From an uncultured Aliarcobacter sp. (GTDB taxonomy: Bacteria; Campylobacterota; Campylobacteria; Campylobacterales; Arcobacteraceae), in contig OY781945.1 in the NCBI GenBank assembly GCA_963677435.1, positions 832,001-896,000 on the forward strand: DNA of 64,000 nucleotides, given 5' to 3'. Below the pieces are notes generated by a model that did no database searches, was not told the DNA's origin, and saw only the letters and a program-made list of their open reading frames with translations. Made by a program: the position numbers and the translations under genes. Shown one piece after another: positions 51,558 through 61,780 of this stretch. The first letter of the stretch is position 1; each line of letters begins with the position of its first letter.

Positions 51558-52952
51558 CTAATGCTTCCTTGAGTCTTTTTTATACTTCCTCCATTGTTTG
51601 AAAAACTCTTCATTATGAAGTTGGTTTCTTTGGCTGTAATTAGCTGTATAATTCATCATTACTTGTTCTAAGAAAGTACTATAATCAAGTGCAATAACAC
51701 CATTCTCTTTACTTTGAGCCTTATCTCCCCATCTATTTTGAAACCATTCATTCCATTCATTACTTCCTGGTTTATACATATTCCAAACTTCATCATTGAT
51801 GGATTTTACAGGATAAAAAAAAGTAACCATATTATAATCATTTGCTTTATAACTTGATGTACCGTGACAACTTAAACAAGATGAACTTCTAAGAGATTCA
51901 ACTGTTTTATCATCCACTTTTACATTATATTTAACTGCAATATCAAAAGGTCCAGATAGTCTTAATCCATAACCTAATGTAACTTTTGCATATTCAGGTG
52001 CATTAGGATTAATATATGTTTCCATAAGTTCTTCTTTTGGATTTTTTGCTGAATCAATTTTTGGATCATTCCCCCACATTGCACCAAGTGGAACCATTTT
52101 ATCCCATGGATTTTCACCTTTTGCATTCTTATCATAAACTAATGTTGTAAAAACCCATCCCGTTTGTGGAGCTGCAATTGAATCTTTTACAATAATATCA
52201 AATATTATAACTCTTGTATCTGTAACAGTTGCTGGTTTATCTTCTATTGTTCCATTTAAATCAAAAGGTTTTCTATATATTTGCCATTTTGCAGCACCAT
52301 CAAGTACTGGCCATTGTTCAGGCGTTGCAGAAGCTACAGCTGCTTTTATAATAATTGCCCCTTCTTCAAATTGAGCTTCATTATTCTCTATAGAGGGAAT
52401 GCACTCTTTTTTTATTTCACTACAATTTTTAAATATTTTATAAAGAGTATAAGCAGCTGTCTGGTCATAATATATTGCAGCATAATTTCTAAGAGGGACA
52501 GTTAATCCATAATCTTTATATACAGATGCTGGTTGGATTTGTCCTGTGTAAGTACCATAAATTGATTCTCTTCCTTCCCAACCAGTTAATGAGACATCTT
52601 CTCCTGCCCAAAGCATACTGTACCAACCTTTTTGAGAACTGTTATTCCACTTATTTTGATTTAAAACAAAAGTTTTCATTGAGGGTTCAATATATTTTTT
52701 AAGTGCAATAATATAATCATAAGCATTTTGTTTTGTAAGTGGCTTATTATTTAAAACTTTACTCCAAGGAGTGTTTATTGGTTTTTTGTATTCTTTTGGA
52801 TAGTTGTAATTAAATTTGAATAGGCTTCCAGAATATTCATTCTTTGATGGGATTGCACCATTATTTACAGCAAATGGATTTATATTTGAATCTTGAGCTA
52901 AAAGTGTAACTACTGAACTCAAAAAAAGTAGGCTTAGGTTTCTTTTTTTCAT
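51558..52952 (-). CDS. Secreted protein with one CxxCH haem-c motif, unknown function
   Basis: Start moved to ATG 52952 (AGGAGA RBS); signal peptide MKKRNLSLLFLSSVVTLLA; SSCLSCHG in the C-terminal quarter. Confidence 0.8.
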   Translation of the reverse strand: MKKRNLSLLFLSSVVTLLAQDSNINPFAVNNGAIPSKNEYSGSLFKFNYNYPKEYKKPINTPWSKVLNNKPLTKQNAYDYIIALKKYIEPSMKTFVLNQNKWNNSSQKGWYSMLWAGEDVSLTGWEGRESIYGTYTGQIQPASVYKDYGLTVPLRNYAAIYYDQTAAYTLYKIFKNCSEIKKECIPSIENNEAQFEEGAIIIKAAVASATPEQWPVLDGAAKWQIYRKPFDLNGTIEDKPATVTDTRVIIFDIIVKDSIAAPQTGWVFTTLVYDKNAKGENPWDKMVPLGAMWGNDPKIDSAKNPKEELMETYINPNAPEYAKVTLGYGLRLSGPFDIAVKYNVKVDDKTVESLRSSSCLSCHGTSSYKANDYNMVTFFYPVKSINDEVWNMYKPGSNEWNEWFQNRWGDKAQSKENGVIALDYSTFLEQVMMNYTANYSQRNQLHNEEFFKQWRKYKKDSRKH

Positions 52953-52962
52953 AATTATCTCC

Positions 52963-55900
52963 TTATAAAATTTGGTTTCTTCCCTTTTCTTTGGCTTCAT
53001 ATAATTTATAATCAGCAAATCTAATTAAATTTTTTGTACTTATTTCTTCTATATCATCAGTTGTTGCTAATCCCATACTAAGAGTAACTTTTTCATTAAT
53101 TTGTGATTTCTCATGAGCTATATCTAATTTTGATATAGCTTCTTGAATATTTCTGGCAATATCTAATGCAGCTTGTCTTGAAGTATTTGGCATGATTATT
53201 CCAAATTCTTCTCCACCATATCTTGCAACTATATCACTTGATCTTTTTAGATTAGCTTGAATACATTGTGCAATTTGTTTTAAACATTCATCCCCTTGAA
53301 GATGACCGTAATAGTCATTATATAATTTGAAATAATCAATATCGCACATAATAAGAGATAAACTATCATTTGTTCTATTTATTTTTGAACACTCTTGCTC
53401 TAAAACAATATCAAAAACTCTTCTATTTTTTATATTTGTTAAAGCATCAGTTGTTGCTAATAAATCAAGTTGTTTAATTGCCTCATGGAGTTTTTCTTCA
53501 ACTTCTTTTCTTTTTTCATTCTCTTTAACAATATTTGAATTAAGTTCTAAAATTTTATTATTTTGTAATTGAAGTTGAATATTTTGTTTTTCCAATTCTT
53601 CATTTTTTTTATCCAATTCTTTTGTTCTTTGCTGAACTTTTTTCTCTAAATTATTATAGATGATTGCATTTTCTATGGAAATTGCAATTTGTCCACTAAG
53701 ATGTTTTAATAAATCAATTTTGTCTTTTGTAAATATTCCAGAAATTGCATTGTTTTCTAAATAAATAATTCCTTTTATATCATTGTGAAGAATTAAGGGC
53801 AAACATAAAATTGATTTTACGCCTCTTCTTAAAGTATCTTCTTCTTGAAAAAAAGTTGTATGGTTATTTAAATCATTAATTATTATTGGTTTTTTAGTTC
53901 GGATTACATAATTTACAATATTATGTGCAATGTTTTTAAATTTTTCTAACTCAATATTTTGCATAACTTCAATATTATTTGATTTATAAGAAGCAGTTGC
54001 TTCAACAAAATAGCTATTTTCATCTTTCAATAGTACAATTGCATATTGTGCACCTGCATTTTCTAAAATAGTACTTAATAAATTTTTTAAAAGATTTGCT
54101 AATTTTTGCTCTTTTATTATAGCTTCTGTTGATTTTATTAAAGTATTTAAATCAAGTAATTGCTCTGAATAGTTTACATTTTTATCTTGATTATATTCAT
54201 CTATGTTCATACCCCATTCAAGTAAAGATTTGAATTCTTCTTTTTTTAAAAGTTCAGAAACTTTAGATTGATTTAGTTCTTTATAACTTTCTACAAGAAT
54301 TCTATTTGCAATTGCTTTTAAGTTAATTTGTGAATACATGTCAGCTGTTTCAATAGCACTTTCTAAATATGCAAATGCTTCTGTATAATTCTTTTTTATT
54401 TTTGCTAATTCAGCTTTTAAAATATTTTTTCTCACCAAAAAATTTTCAGGAGACTCTAAACTATATTTTTCAAATAATTTAAGATTTCTATTTAATATTG
54501 TTAAATATCTCTTTTTTAATCCATAATTAACATCATCATAGCGTTTTGCTAGAATCAACGATTCATAAAAAAAGTGTTCGCTACCATGTATTGTACCTTT
54601 AGAATCATTTAGATATTTTTTACTTTTTAAATAAAAATTGTAAGCATCATTATATTTCTTATGTATATATAAAACAATCATTTTATTAATGTAATAATAG
54701 TGGGCAAAATGTTTAGAACTATAAGTATCTAAACTTTTTTCATAAGAATTTTCAGAAAAGTTATCGTCATTAAAACTATTTTGGCTTATTGTTTTTCCTT
54801 GAAGATTTTTTATTGCTTGTTTGACACTTAAAATTGCTCCTAATTGTTCTTTTGCATTTATTCTTTCTAGATTTTTCTCGAATATTTCAATTTGTGAAAG
54901 AATGCTTTGAAAGTCTACACCTCTTAAAAACATACTTTGTATAATTCCAGCAGCAGCACAACCACTGTGAAACAAATCACCTATTATTAAACCATTTGTA
55001 TATGCCTCAAACCATTTTTGCTCTGTAGTTGTAGTTGGCACTGTCCATGATAGTCCAAAATATCCACATACAAAACTTACTTCAGGATATAAAATATTGT
55101 TCTTATATTTTTCAATCATTTTCATGGCAAGTTGTGAGTATTTATAGCCTAATTTATGATTACCAAGAATCGCTCCTTGAAATATAACTCCATAAACCAT
55201 AAAACCAATCACAGCATCTTTTGTGTCTCCATGCTCTAGACAAATTTTTATTAATTTCATTGAAGTTAAAACACAAAGTTTTGGATCAATTTGATAAGCA
55301 GTTTTTAAAATAGCAGATAAAAGTTTTATTGAAATAATAATTTGTTCATCATTTGTACAAGATAGATTTATTAGTTCTTCTGGATTTTTATTTTTTAATT
55401 TAAATTTTAAATATAAAAATTCTTTTGCAAAAATAAAACCATTAAACTTTTTAGGAATTTTTACATCAAAAAGTGTCAAAGCTTCTCTTCCAATATTATA
55501 AGCTTCATTGAAATCTGAAAATTCTGAATATAGTTTTATTATAAGTTCATAAATATAAGCTTTTTCTAAATTTGAAGAACTATTTTCAATAGCCTTTATA
55601 TAATATACCAAGGCATCTTTTTTATTAAGGATTAGATGTTCACAAATTGCATAATTTTTAAGAATTTCACAATAATTCTCTTTTTTACTTAAATCTAAAA
55701 AAAGTGAAAATGCTTCTTGCATGTATTTTTGTGACATAATAAAATCGCCATTTTTTCTGGCCGTTAATGCTGCTTCATAATTTAGATTTGCTAGAAAATC
55801 TTTTTCTTCATTTGTAATAAAAAGCTCTTTTGCTTTATTATAATGGTTGATATAAGTTAAAAAGTCATTATTTTCTATATGAATATTTAATTTTATAATT

Positions 55901-57948
55901 GAATCAGCTATTTGTCTATGATAAAGTTTTAAATCTTTTTCTTTTATTGAAGAGTAAATTGCTTGTTGAATTCTATCATGTGAAAAATGATAGACTTGAT
56001 TTATGTCCTTTGTTATCCATTCATCAAGAATAGCTTGATTAAGTAAATTTTTGAATTCAAAATCATTATTGTAAATATCTTTTATTAAATTTTCTTCAAA
56101 TTTATTCCCAATACAAGATGCAATTTTTAAGAATTTACTATTTTTAGGTTCTAGAAGGTTAATTCTATTTTCTAAAAGTTGAAGAATATTTTGTGTTGCA
56201 GAAATACTTGATAATTTATTAAAATCACATATCCAAGTAAATTTTTCATAATCAAAATACAATACATTATTACTTAGAAGTTGTTTCAAAAATTGTTTAA
56301 CAAAAAATGCATTTCCTGATGTTTTATTAAAAACAATTTTAGCTATATCTTCACTATTTCTAATATTTATGTTGTTATCAATTAAATTTTTTATATCAAG
56401 TATTTTTAAAGGTTTTAAATTATAAACAAAGGTTTTTATTTCGTTTTTTTCTAGCTCTTTTATAAGTAAAGATAACGAAGAATCATCTTTTACTTCATTG
56501 TCTCTATAAGAGATAATTATAAATACATTAGAAAGTCTGTAAATTGCTTTTTCAAGCCAATTTAATGTGATATTATCGCTCCATTGCATATCATCTAAAA
56601 AAATAAATAAAGGTTCTTCTTTTGTTGCAAAAAGTTGAAGATACTTAAATAAATAGTTGTCAAATCTAATTTTTCCATCATTTGGATTTAATTCAACAAG
56701 TTCGTCTTTTTCTCCTAATATAATTTTTAATTCAGGAATAATTCCATAAAGAACTTTTACTTCATCTCCTAAAGCTGAGATAATTTTTTCTTTCCAAATT
56801 TGATGATTTATTTCATCTTTTGTAAGAATTTGTTCTGACAATTCTCTAAGTTTATTATATAAAATTTTGTAAGGAGTATTTTGTTTATAATTATCAAGTT
56901 TAACTTGTAAAATTTGATTAGGATTTTTACTTGCATGTTCTAAAGCTTTTTTTACAAAACTAGTTTTCCCAACCCCTGAATAACCTGTAATAATAAATAA
57001 ATTATTTGTATTTTGTGTATTTGAAATATTTTTTATAAAAGAGTCCAAATCTCTTTTTCTTCCAAATAGAGTATTGTTATTACTAATTGAAAAATCTTTT
57101 TTAAAGTGATCTATTTTAAATTCATTTAATACTTTATTTTTCTCCATTAAATTTTTGATTTTTTTTAAATCAACTAATAAAGATAAAATACTGCTATATC
57201 TCTCTGATAGATTTTTTACTAACATTTTATCTATAATATTTGAAATAATTTTTGGAATTGAAGAATCAATTTCATAAATTGATAAAAACTCTTTTGTAAC
57301 AATACTATGTGATAAAGAAGTTAAATCCTCCAAATTATATGGAGGAAATCCTGTAAGGATTTCATAAAATATAATTCCTAAAGAATAAATATCTGTAAGT
57401 TCAGAAATCTTTTCACTAATTCTATTGGTTTGTTCAGGTGCTTTATAAACATCTGTGTGATTAAACTGATAATGATTTGAATCTATTTCCTTTTTAAATT
57501 TTGCATAACAAAGATTTAAAATTTTGATTTCATTATTTTTATTAATAAGTATGCAAGATGATGAAAGATTACTATGAATGATATTTTGTTTGTGCAAATA
57601 TAAAAAAGATTCTGAAATTTTTATTGCAAGTTCAACAAAAGAGTTTAAATCAAATTTTTTATTTTGAATAATCTTTTTAAGTGTTTCTCCCTCAAAATAT
57701 TCAAAAATCAAAGCATAATTATTTCCAATTTTTTCAAGTTTTTTCGCACTTAGAATATCTTTATAATTACATAATTTTAATTTATCAAATTCATTTTGTA
57801 GTTTCTTTAACTCTTTTTCATTTGTATAAGAGTTTTTAGTAGTTTTTATAATAATGTTTTCATTATCTGGGAGTGCTTGCGCTAAAAATAGTTCAAAAGA
57901 GTAAGAAGAATCTACTTTTCTTAAAAGTTTATAATTTTTAGCTAGCAA
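52963..57948 (-). CDS. Multidomain diguanylate cyclase: Ser/Thr kinase-like, STAND/AAA ATPase, helical repeats, GAF, GGDEF
   Basis: YKAPEQ and TDIYSLG (kinase fold); LFGR, GYSGVGKT, FLDDMQW, GNAFF, FSHDRIQ (ATPase); KSILCLPL..GIIYLENN (GAF); TDALT, DIDYFK..ND..GH..GD, RYGGEEF (GGDEF). Confidence 0.9.
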   Translation of the reverse strand: MLAKNYKLLRKVDSSYSFELFLAQALPDNENIIIKTTKNSYTNEKELKKLQNEFDKLKLCNYKDILSAKKLEKIGNNYALIFEYFEGETLKKIIQNKKFDLNSFVELAIKISESFLYLHKQNIIHSNLSSSCILINKNNEIKILNLCYAKFKKEIDSNHYQFNHTDVYKAPEQTNRISEKISELTDIYSLGIIFYEILTGFPPYNLEDLTSLSHSIVTKEFLSIYEIDSSIPKIISNIIDKMLVKNLSERYSSILSLLVDLKKIKNLMEKNKVLNEFKIDHFKKDFSISNNNTLFGRKRDLDSFIKNISNTQNTNNLFIITGYSGVGKTSFVKKALEHASKNPNQILQVKLDNYKQNTPYKILYNKLRELSEQILTKDEINHQIWKEKIISALGDEVKVLYGIIPELKIILGEKDELVELNPNDGKIRFDNYLFKYLQLFATKEEPLFIFLDDMQWSDNITLNWLEKAIYRLSNVFIIISYRDNEVKDDSSLSLLIKELEKNEIKTFVYNLKPLKILDIKNLIDNNINIRNSEDIAKIVFNKTSGNAFFVKQFLKQLLSNNVLYFDYEKFTWICDFNKLSSISATQNILQLLENRINLLEPKNSKFLKIASCIGNKFEENLIKDIYNNDFEFKNLLNQAILDEWITKDINQVYHFSHDRIQQAIYSSIKEKDLKLYHRQIADSIIKLNIHIENNDFLTYINHYNKAKELFITNEEKDFLANLNYEAALTARKNGDFIMSQKYMQEAFSLFLDLSKKENYCEILKNYAICEHLILNKKDALVYYIKAIENSSSNLEKAYIYELIIKLYSEFSDFNEAYNIGREALTLFDVKIPKKFNGFIFAKEFLYLKFKLKNKNPEELINLSCTNDEQIIISIKLLSAILKTAYQIDPKLCVLTSMKLIKICLEHGDTKDAVIGFMVYGVIFQGAILGNHKLGYKYSQLAMKMIEKYKNNILYPEVSFVCGYFGLSWTVPTTTTEQKWFEAYTNGLIIGDLFHSGCAAAGIIQSMFLRGVDFQSILSQIEIFEKNLERINAKEQLGAILSVKQAIKNLQGKTISQNSFNDDNFSENSYEKSLDTYSSKHFAHYYYINKMIVLYIHKKYNDAYNFYLKSKKYLNDSKGTIHGSEHFFYESLILAKRYDDVNYGLKKRYLTILNRNLKLFEKYSLESPENFLVRKNILKAELAKIKKNYTEAFAYLESAIETADMYSQINLKAIANRILVESYKELNQSKVSELLKKEEFKSLLEWGMNIDEYNQDKNVNYSEQLLDLNTLIKSTEAIIKEQKLANLLKNLLSTILENAGAQYAIVLLKDENSYFVEATASYKSNNIEVMQNIELEKFKNIAHNIVNYVIRTKKPIIINDLNNHTTFFQEEDTLRRGVKSILCLPLILHNDIKGIIYLENNAISGIFTKDKIDLLKHLSGQIAISIENAIIYNNLEKKVQQRTKELDKKNEELEKQNIQLQLQNNKILELNSNIVKENEKRKEVEEKLHEAIKQLDLLATTDALTNIKNRRVFDIVLEQECSKINRTNDSLSLIMCDIDYFKLYNDYYGHLQGDECLKQIAQCIQANLKRSSDIVARYGGEEFGIIMPNTSRQAALDIARNIQEAISKLDIAHEKSQINEKVTLSMGLATTDDIEEISTKNLIRFADYKLYEAKEKGRNQIL

Positions 57949-58030
57949 TTTTTACCTTATTTTAATTGGAATAAATTTTATTATATAATAAAGTATTTTA
58001 GTTTATAGATAAAATGAGTATAAATAATAA

Positions 58031-58828
58031 TTATGTAGTTATTATTTTCGCTTGTTCTCTCACATTTAGTTTGTGACAGATTTTAATTCCATATAAAAAT
58101 ATAATCCAAGAGATATAAATCCAAAAAAATGTAAATAATAATGTTGCTAATGAGCCATAAATTGTTGTATATGTTTTATTATAAATTACATAATAAACAA
58201 ATAAATTTTTTGTTATGGATAGAACTGATAGTGTAATAAATGATGAAATTAAAGCTGCTTTATTATCTATTTTTCTATTTACACTTAATTTAAATAGTGC
58301 AAAAAATATTATCCATGCAAATATATGTGAAAGTATATTTTGTAAAAAGACATTATCGTAAAGTGTTATAAGTATATTTGATGCAGTAAATGCAATAGGA
58401 AGTATTGCTAAAAATAAAGAATAAAAAATAAAAGAGAAATGAATTGATTTTCTTTTTGCTTTATGGATTTTATTTACTATATATTCATAATCTTTAAAAA
58501 ACATAATAAATACAAAAAGCATATATATAACACCTAAAAAACCTAATTTACTTGAGTTTGAGATATAGTTTTTAAGTGCATTTATAATTTCATCTGAATG
58601 GGTTGGATTTATTATATTTAAAATGTATGTTATAAAAATATCAATGTAAGTATCAAACTCTGAAAAAGAAGAGATGATTGCAATAAATAAAGCAAGAATT
58701 GGAAGAATAGAAAAAATAGTAAAGAAGCTTAAAGATGCAGCATAATAAGTAGTATCATCATTAAAAAATGAATCTAATTTATTTATAACTTTTCTTAAAA
58801 AACTTTCTTTACTATCAGAACTATTCAT
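58031..58828 (-). CDS. YihY/BrkB-family inner membrane protein
   Basis: YAASLSFFTIFSILP and Y.TIYGSLA.L....FWIY.SW.I.L.G motifs. Confidence 0.9.
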   Translation of the reverse strand: MNSSDSKESFLRKVINKLDSFFNDDTTYYAASLSFFTIFSILPILALFIAIISSFSEFDTYIDIFITYILNIINPTHSDEIINALKNYISNSSKLGFLGVIYMLFVFIMFFKDYEYIVNKIHKAKRKSIHFSFIFYSLFLAILPIAFTASNILITLYDNVFLQNILSHIFAWIIFFALFKLSVNRKIDNKAALISSFITLSVLSITKNLFVYYVIYNKTYTTIYGSLATLLFTFFWIYISWIIFLYGIKICHKLNVREQAKIITT

Positions 58829-58832
58829 TGTA

Positions 58833-60221
58833 TTATAAACCCATTTTAAATGGATTTAAAATATTATTTGGATCAAATGCTTTTTTGATATTTCTAAATA
58901 GATTCATTTCAGCTTCTGTAAATGCAATGTGCATAAATGGAGCTTTTGATGTACCAATTCCATGTTCACCACTTAAAGTTCCGCCTAAATCTACAACATA
59001 TTGAAAAATTTCTTCGATGGCTTTGTGTCCGTCTTCCATCTCTTTTTCATTTGTTTTATCTTTTACCATTACATTAACATGGATATTTCCATCTCCTGCA
59101 TGTCCAAAACAAGGAACTTGGAAACCATATTTTTCACCAATTTTGTAAATCCCATCAAGGGCAACTGGTAATTTACTTCTTGGAACAGAAATATCTTCAT
59201 TTAATTTTTTAGTTCCATAAATCATAGTTGCTGGACTTGCATTTCGTCTAGCAAACCAAAGTTTTTTACCTTCTTCTTCATCTTTTGCAATAATAAATTC
59301 AGTTGAACCATTTGCTGCAAATGATTCTTTTAAAGTTTGAAGTTGTGAATCAATCTCTGCCATTGAACTAGCATCAACATCACCAACTAAAATTCCTCCT
59401 GCATTATCTGGAAGTGAAATTTGTGGGAATTTTTGTTTTAGTGCTTTAATTACAAGGGCATCCAAAAATTCCATAGCAACTGGATTTGCACCAGCTGCTA
59501 GTGATTTAAACACTGCTGTCATTGCTGTATCAACGCTTGGGAAAACTCCCATATAAGTTTGTTTAAATTTTGGTTTAGGAATCAATTTTAAAGTGATTTC
59601 TGTGATAATTGCTAAAGTTCCTTCACTTGCTATTAAGATACCAGCTGTGTTATATCCAGCAACATCTTTAATAGTTTTTTTACCAGCAACTATAATATCT
59701 CCATTTGGTAAAACAGCTCTTAATGCCATTACATAATCTTTTGTAATACCATATTTAGCAGCTCTCATTCCACCTGCATTTTCACTTACATTTCCTCCAA
59801 GTGTCGAATATTCTTCACTTGCTGGATCTGGTGGATAAAATAATCCAACTGCTTCAACTGCTTTTTGGAATTCCATATTAATAAGTCCTGGTTGAACAAC
59901 TCCCACCATATTTTCCATATCAATTTCAAGAAGTTTATTCATATGTCTCTCTAAAGAAAGGATAATCCCACCACTTGCTGGTAATGCTCCACCTGTAAAT
60001 CCAGAACCAGCACCTCTTGGTACGATGATTATTTGATGTTCATTACAATATTTTAAAATATCTGAAATATCTTGTTCATGTTTTGGAAATACAACTGCAT
60101 CAGGTTCAAATCTAGTTCTTGTTGCATCATAACAAAAAGCGATTAAATGAGCTTTATCGCTTTTTATATTTTCTTCTCCAACAATTGAAGTAATATAATC
60201 TAAGTGTTTTTTGTCAATCAT
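58833..60221 (-). CDS. glcD: FAD-linked oxidase, glycolate oxidase subunit GlcD family
   Basis: PRGAGSGFTGG, YPPDPAS, ENAGG.RA.KYG.T, GHAGDGNIH, SGEHGIG. Confidence 0.88.
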   Translation of the reverse strand: MIDKKHLDYITSIVGEENIKSDKAHLIAFCYDATRTRFEPDAVVFPKHEQDISDILKYCNEHQIIIVPRGAGSGFTGGALPASGGIILSLERHMNKLLEIDMENMVGVVQPGLINMEFQKAVEAVGLFYPPDPASEEYSTLGGNVSENAGGMRAAKYGITKDYVMALRAVLPNGDIIVAGKKTIKDVAGYNTAGILIASEGTLAIITEITLKLIPKPKFKQTYMGVFPSVDTAMTAVFKSLAAGANPVAMEFLDALVIKALKQKFPQISLPDNAGGILVGDVDASSMAEIDSQLQTLKESFAANGSTEFIIAKDEEEGKKLWFARRNASPATMIYGTKKLNEDISVPRSKLPVALDGIYKIGEKYGFQVPCFGHAGDGNIHVNVMVKDKTNEKEMEDGHKAIEEIFQYVVDLGGTLSGEHGIGTSKAPFMHIAFTEAEMNLFRNIKKAFDPNNILNPFKMGL

Positions 60222-61243
60222 TAGTTAATTCCTAAAATTCTTTTATAATAATCGTTGTAACTTAAGTTCTTTTTACCTGAGAAGAAATCAAAAAATGACC
60301 AATGAAAAATTGTATCTTCGATCTCTTCAACTCTTGTATAAAATGGCATTTTTACTTCTGCCGTGTTATCATAATTAATTGCATAACTTTGTAGAATTGT
60401 AAATGTTTTTGTATCAATAACAAAAACTTTATTTTCAATTACCATAAAGATTGTTCCAAGATTTTGTTCAATTGCAAATTTTTGAATATCTTCTTTTGTA
60501 GGATATGGAATATTATCTACTTTTAATTTTGCAGCAAAAATATCTGAGTGAATAAAGTTATTTAATTTAAAACCATCTCTTACACTTTGGAAAGCATCTA
60601 AATCTGGTGCTATTAATAAAGATGAGTTATACATGTAATTTAAAATTAAAATATCATTGATAGCTACAATTCTATTTGATGTTGGAATTGCATCTTGTTC
60701 TAAATCATTGAATGCAAAAAATTCAACAACTGAACTATTTGCATTTGAACTTATAACTTTTGCATTTGAAACTATTAATCTTTTGTCATTATTAAAAACA
60801 TGAACAACAATTCCTGTTTGTCCAACGATTAGATTTCCTACATCAATAGTACTTTTCTCATCTTGAATATTTGTTATTTTTGTACCAATTGGCTTAATTG
60901 AAAACTCATTATTTGATATTTTTGGATTTTCAGTAATTGAAGTTTGTAATAAGATATTACTATTATTTTGTTTTGTATTATTACCTTTTGTAAAATAGTA
61001 AGTATAATTAAATTTATTTTTTGAAGAATTAATTTTAATATCTAAAACATCCCAACCATTATCTTTCATATCATTTAAAGATAATTTTCCATTACAAATA
61101 CCACCATCAAGTGCAACATCTTCAATTAAAGAAGGTTTTTCTACCTCATTTTTATAACAAGTTGTATCTTGAGCAAATGCTAGATTTGATAATAAACAAG
61201 TGCTTGCGCCAACTAATAAAAGCTTACTAAATATTTTCGTCAT
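60221..61243 (-). CDS. Exported protein with plasminogen-binding (PgbA N-terminal-like) domain
   Basis: Likely start ATG 61243; signal peptide; VGQTGIVVH, L.QDAIP, LNY.Y..SLLIAP, FIHSD as in Campylobacterota PgbA-like proteins. Confidence 0.7.
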   Translation of the reverse strand: MTKIFSKLLLVGASTCLLSNLAFAQDTTCYKNEVEKPSLIEDVALDGGICNGKLSLNDMKDNGWDVLDIKINSSKNKFNYTYYFTKGNNTKQNNSNILLQTSITENPKISNNEFSIKPIGTKITNIQDEKSTIDVGNLIVGQTGIVVHVFNNDKRLIVSNAKVISSNANSSVVEFFAFNDLEQDAIPTSNRIVAINDILILNYMYNSSLLIAPDLDAFQSVRDGFKLNNFIHSDIFAAKLKVDNIPYPTKEDIQKFAIEQNLGTIFMVIENKVFVIDTKTFTILQSYAINYDNTAEVKMPFYTRVEEIEDTIFHWSFFDFFSGKKNLSYNDYYKRILGIN

Positions 61244-61256
61244 TGTTATTCCTAAT

Positions 61257-61763
61257 TTAAATTGATTGTAATTCTTGAAGTTTAGCTTTAACTTCATCTA
61301 CATGTAAAATTTCTATTTTTTCACCTTTTACACTTTTTTTCTTTCTAACACTTACTTTATCCCAAATAGCTGCAATTTTTCCTTCAGGATTTATGATAAA
61401 TGTGCTTCTAACAACTCCCATAAACTCTTTACCCATGAATTGTTTTAATTGCCAAACTCCATAATCTTCACACATTTTTTTGTCTGTATCAGATAAAAGA
61501 GTAATTGTTAAATCATATTTATCAATAAATTTTCTATGTTTTAGTGTATCATCAGCACTAACACCTAAAATAACAGCATCTAAATCATCAAAAGATGAGT
61601 GTTTATCTGTAAAATCACAAGCTTCAGTAGTACAACCAGGAGTTAAATCTTTTGGATAAAAGTATAAAACTATCCATTTTCCTGCTAAGTCTCTTGAACA
61701 AATCTCAACATCATCTTGATTTGGTGCACAAAAACTAGGTGCTATATCTCCAACTTTTAACAT
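61257..61763 (-). CDS. bcp: Peroxiredoxin Bcp
   Basis: Start MLKVGDIAP (61763); LYFYPKDLTPGCTTEACDF, RSTF. Confidence 0.95.
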   Translation of the reverse strand: MLKVGDIAPSFCAPNQDDVEICSRDLAGKWIVLYFYPKDLTPGCTTEACDFTDKHSSFDDLDAVILGVSADDTLKHRKFIDKYDLTITLLSDTDKKMCEDYGVWQLKQFMGKEFMGVVRSTFIINPEGKIAAIWDKVSVRKKKSVKGEKIEILHVDEVKAKLQELQSI

Positions 61764-61780
61764 ATTAAAAATCCTTTTAT

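Noticed and set aside
52963..57948. Avs-type anti-phage STAND system
   Set aside because: The output is GAF-GGDEF, not a nuclease, TIR, SIR2 or protease effector, and no defence genes are adjacent; a defence role is unsupported.
51506..58030. Prophage or integrative element at tRNA-Thr
   Set aside because: No integrase, transposase or att-like duplication of the tRNA 3' end found.
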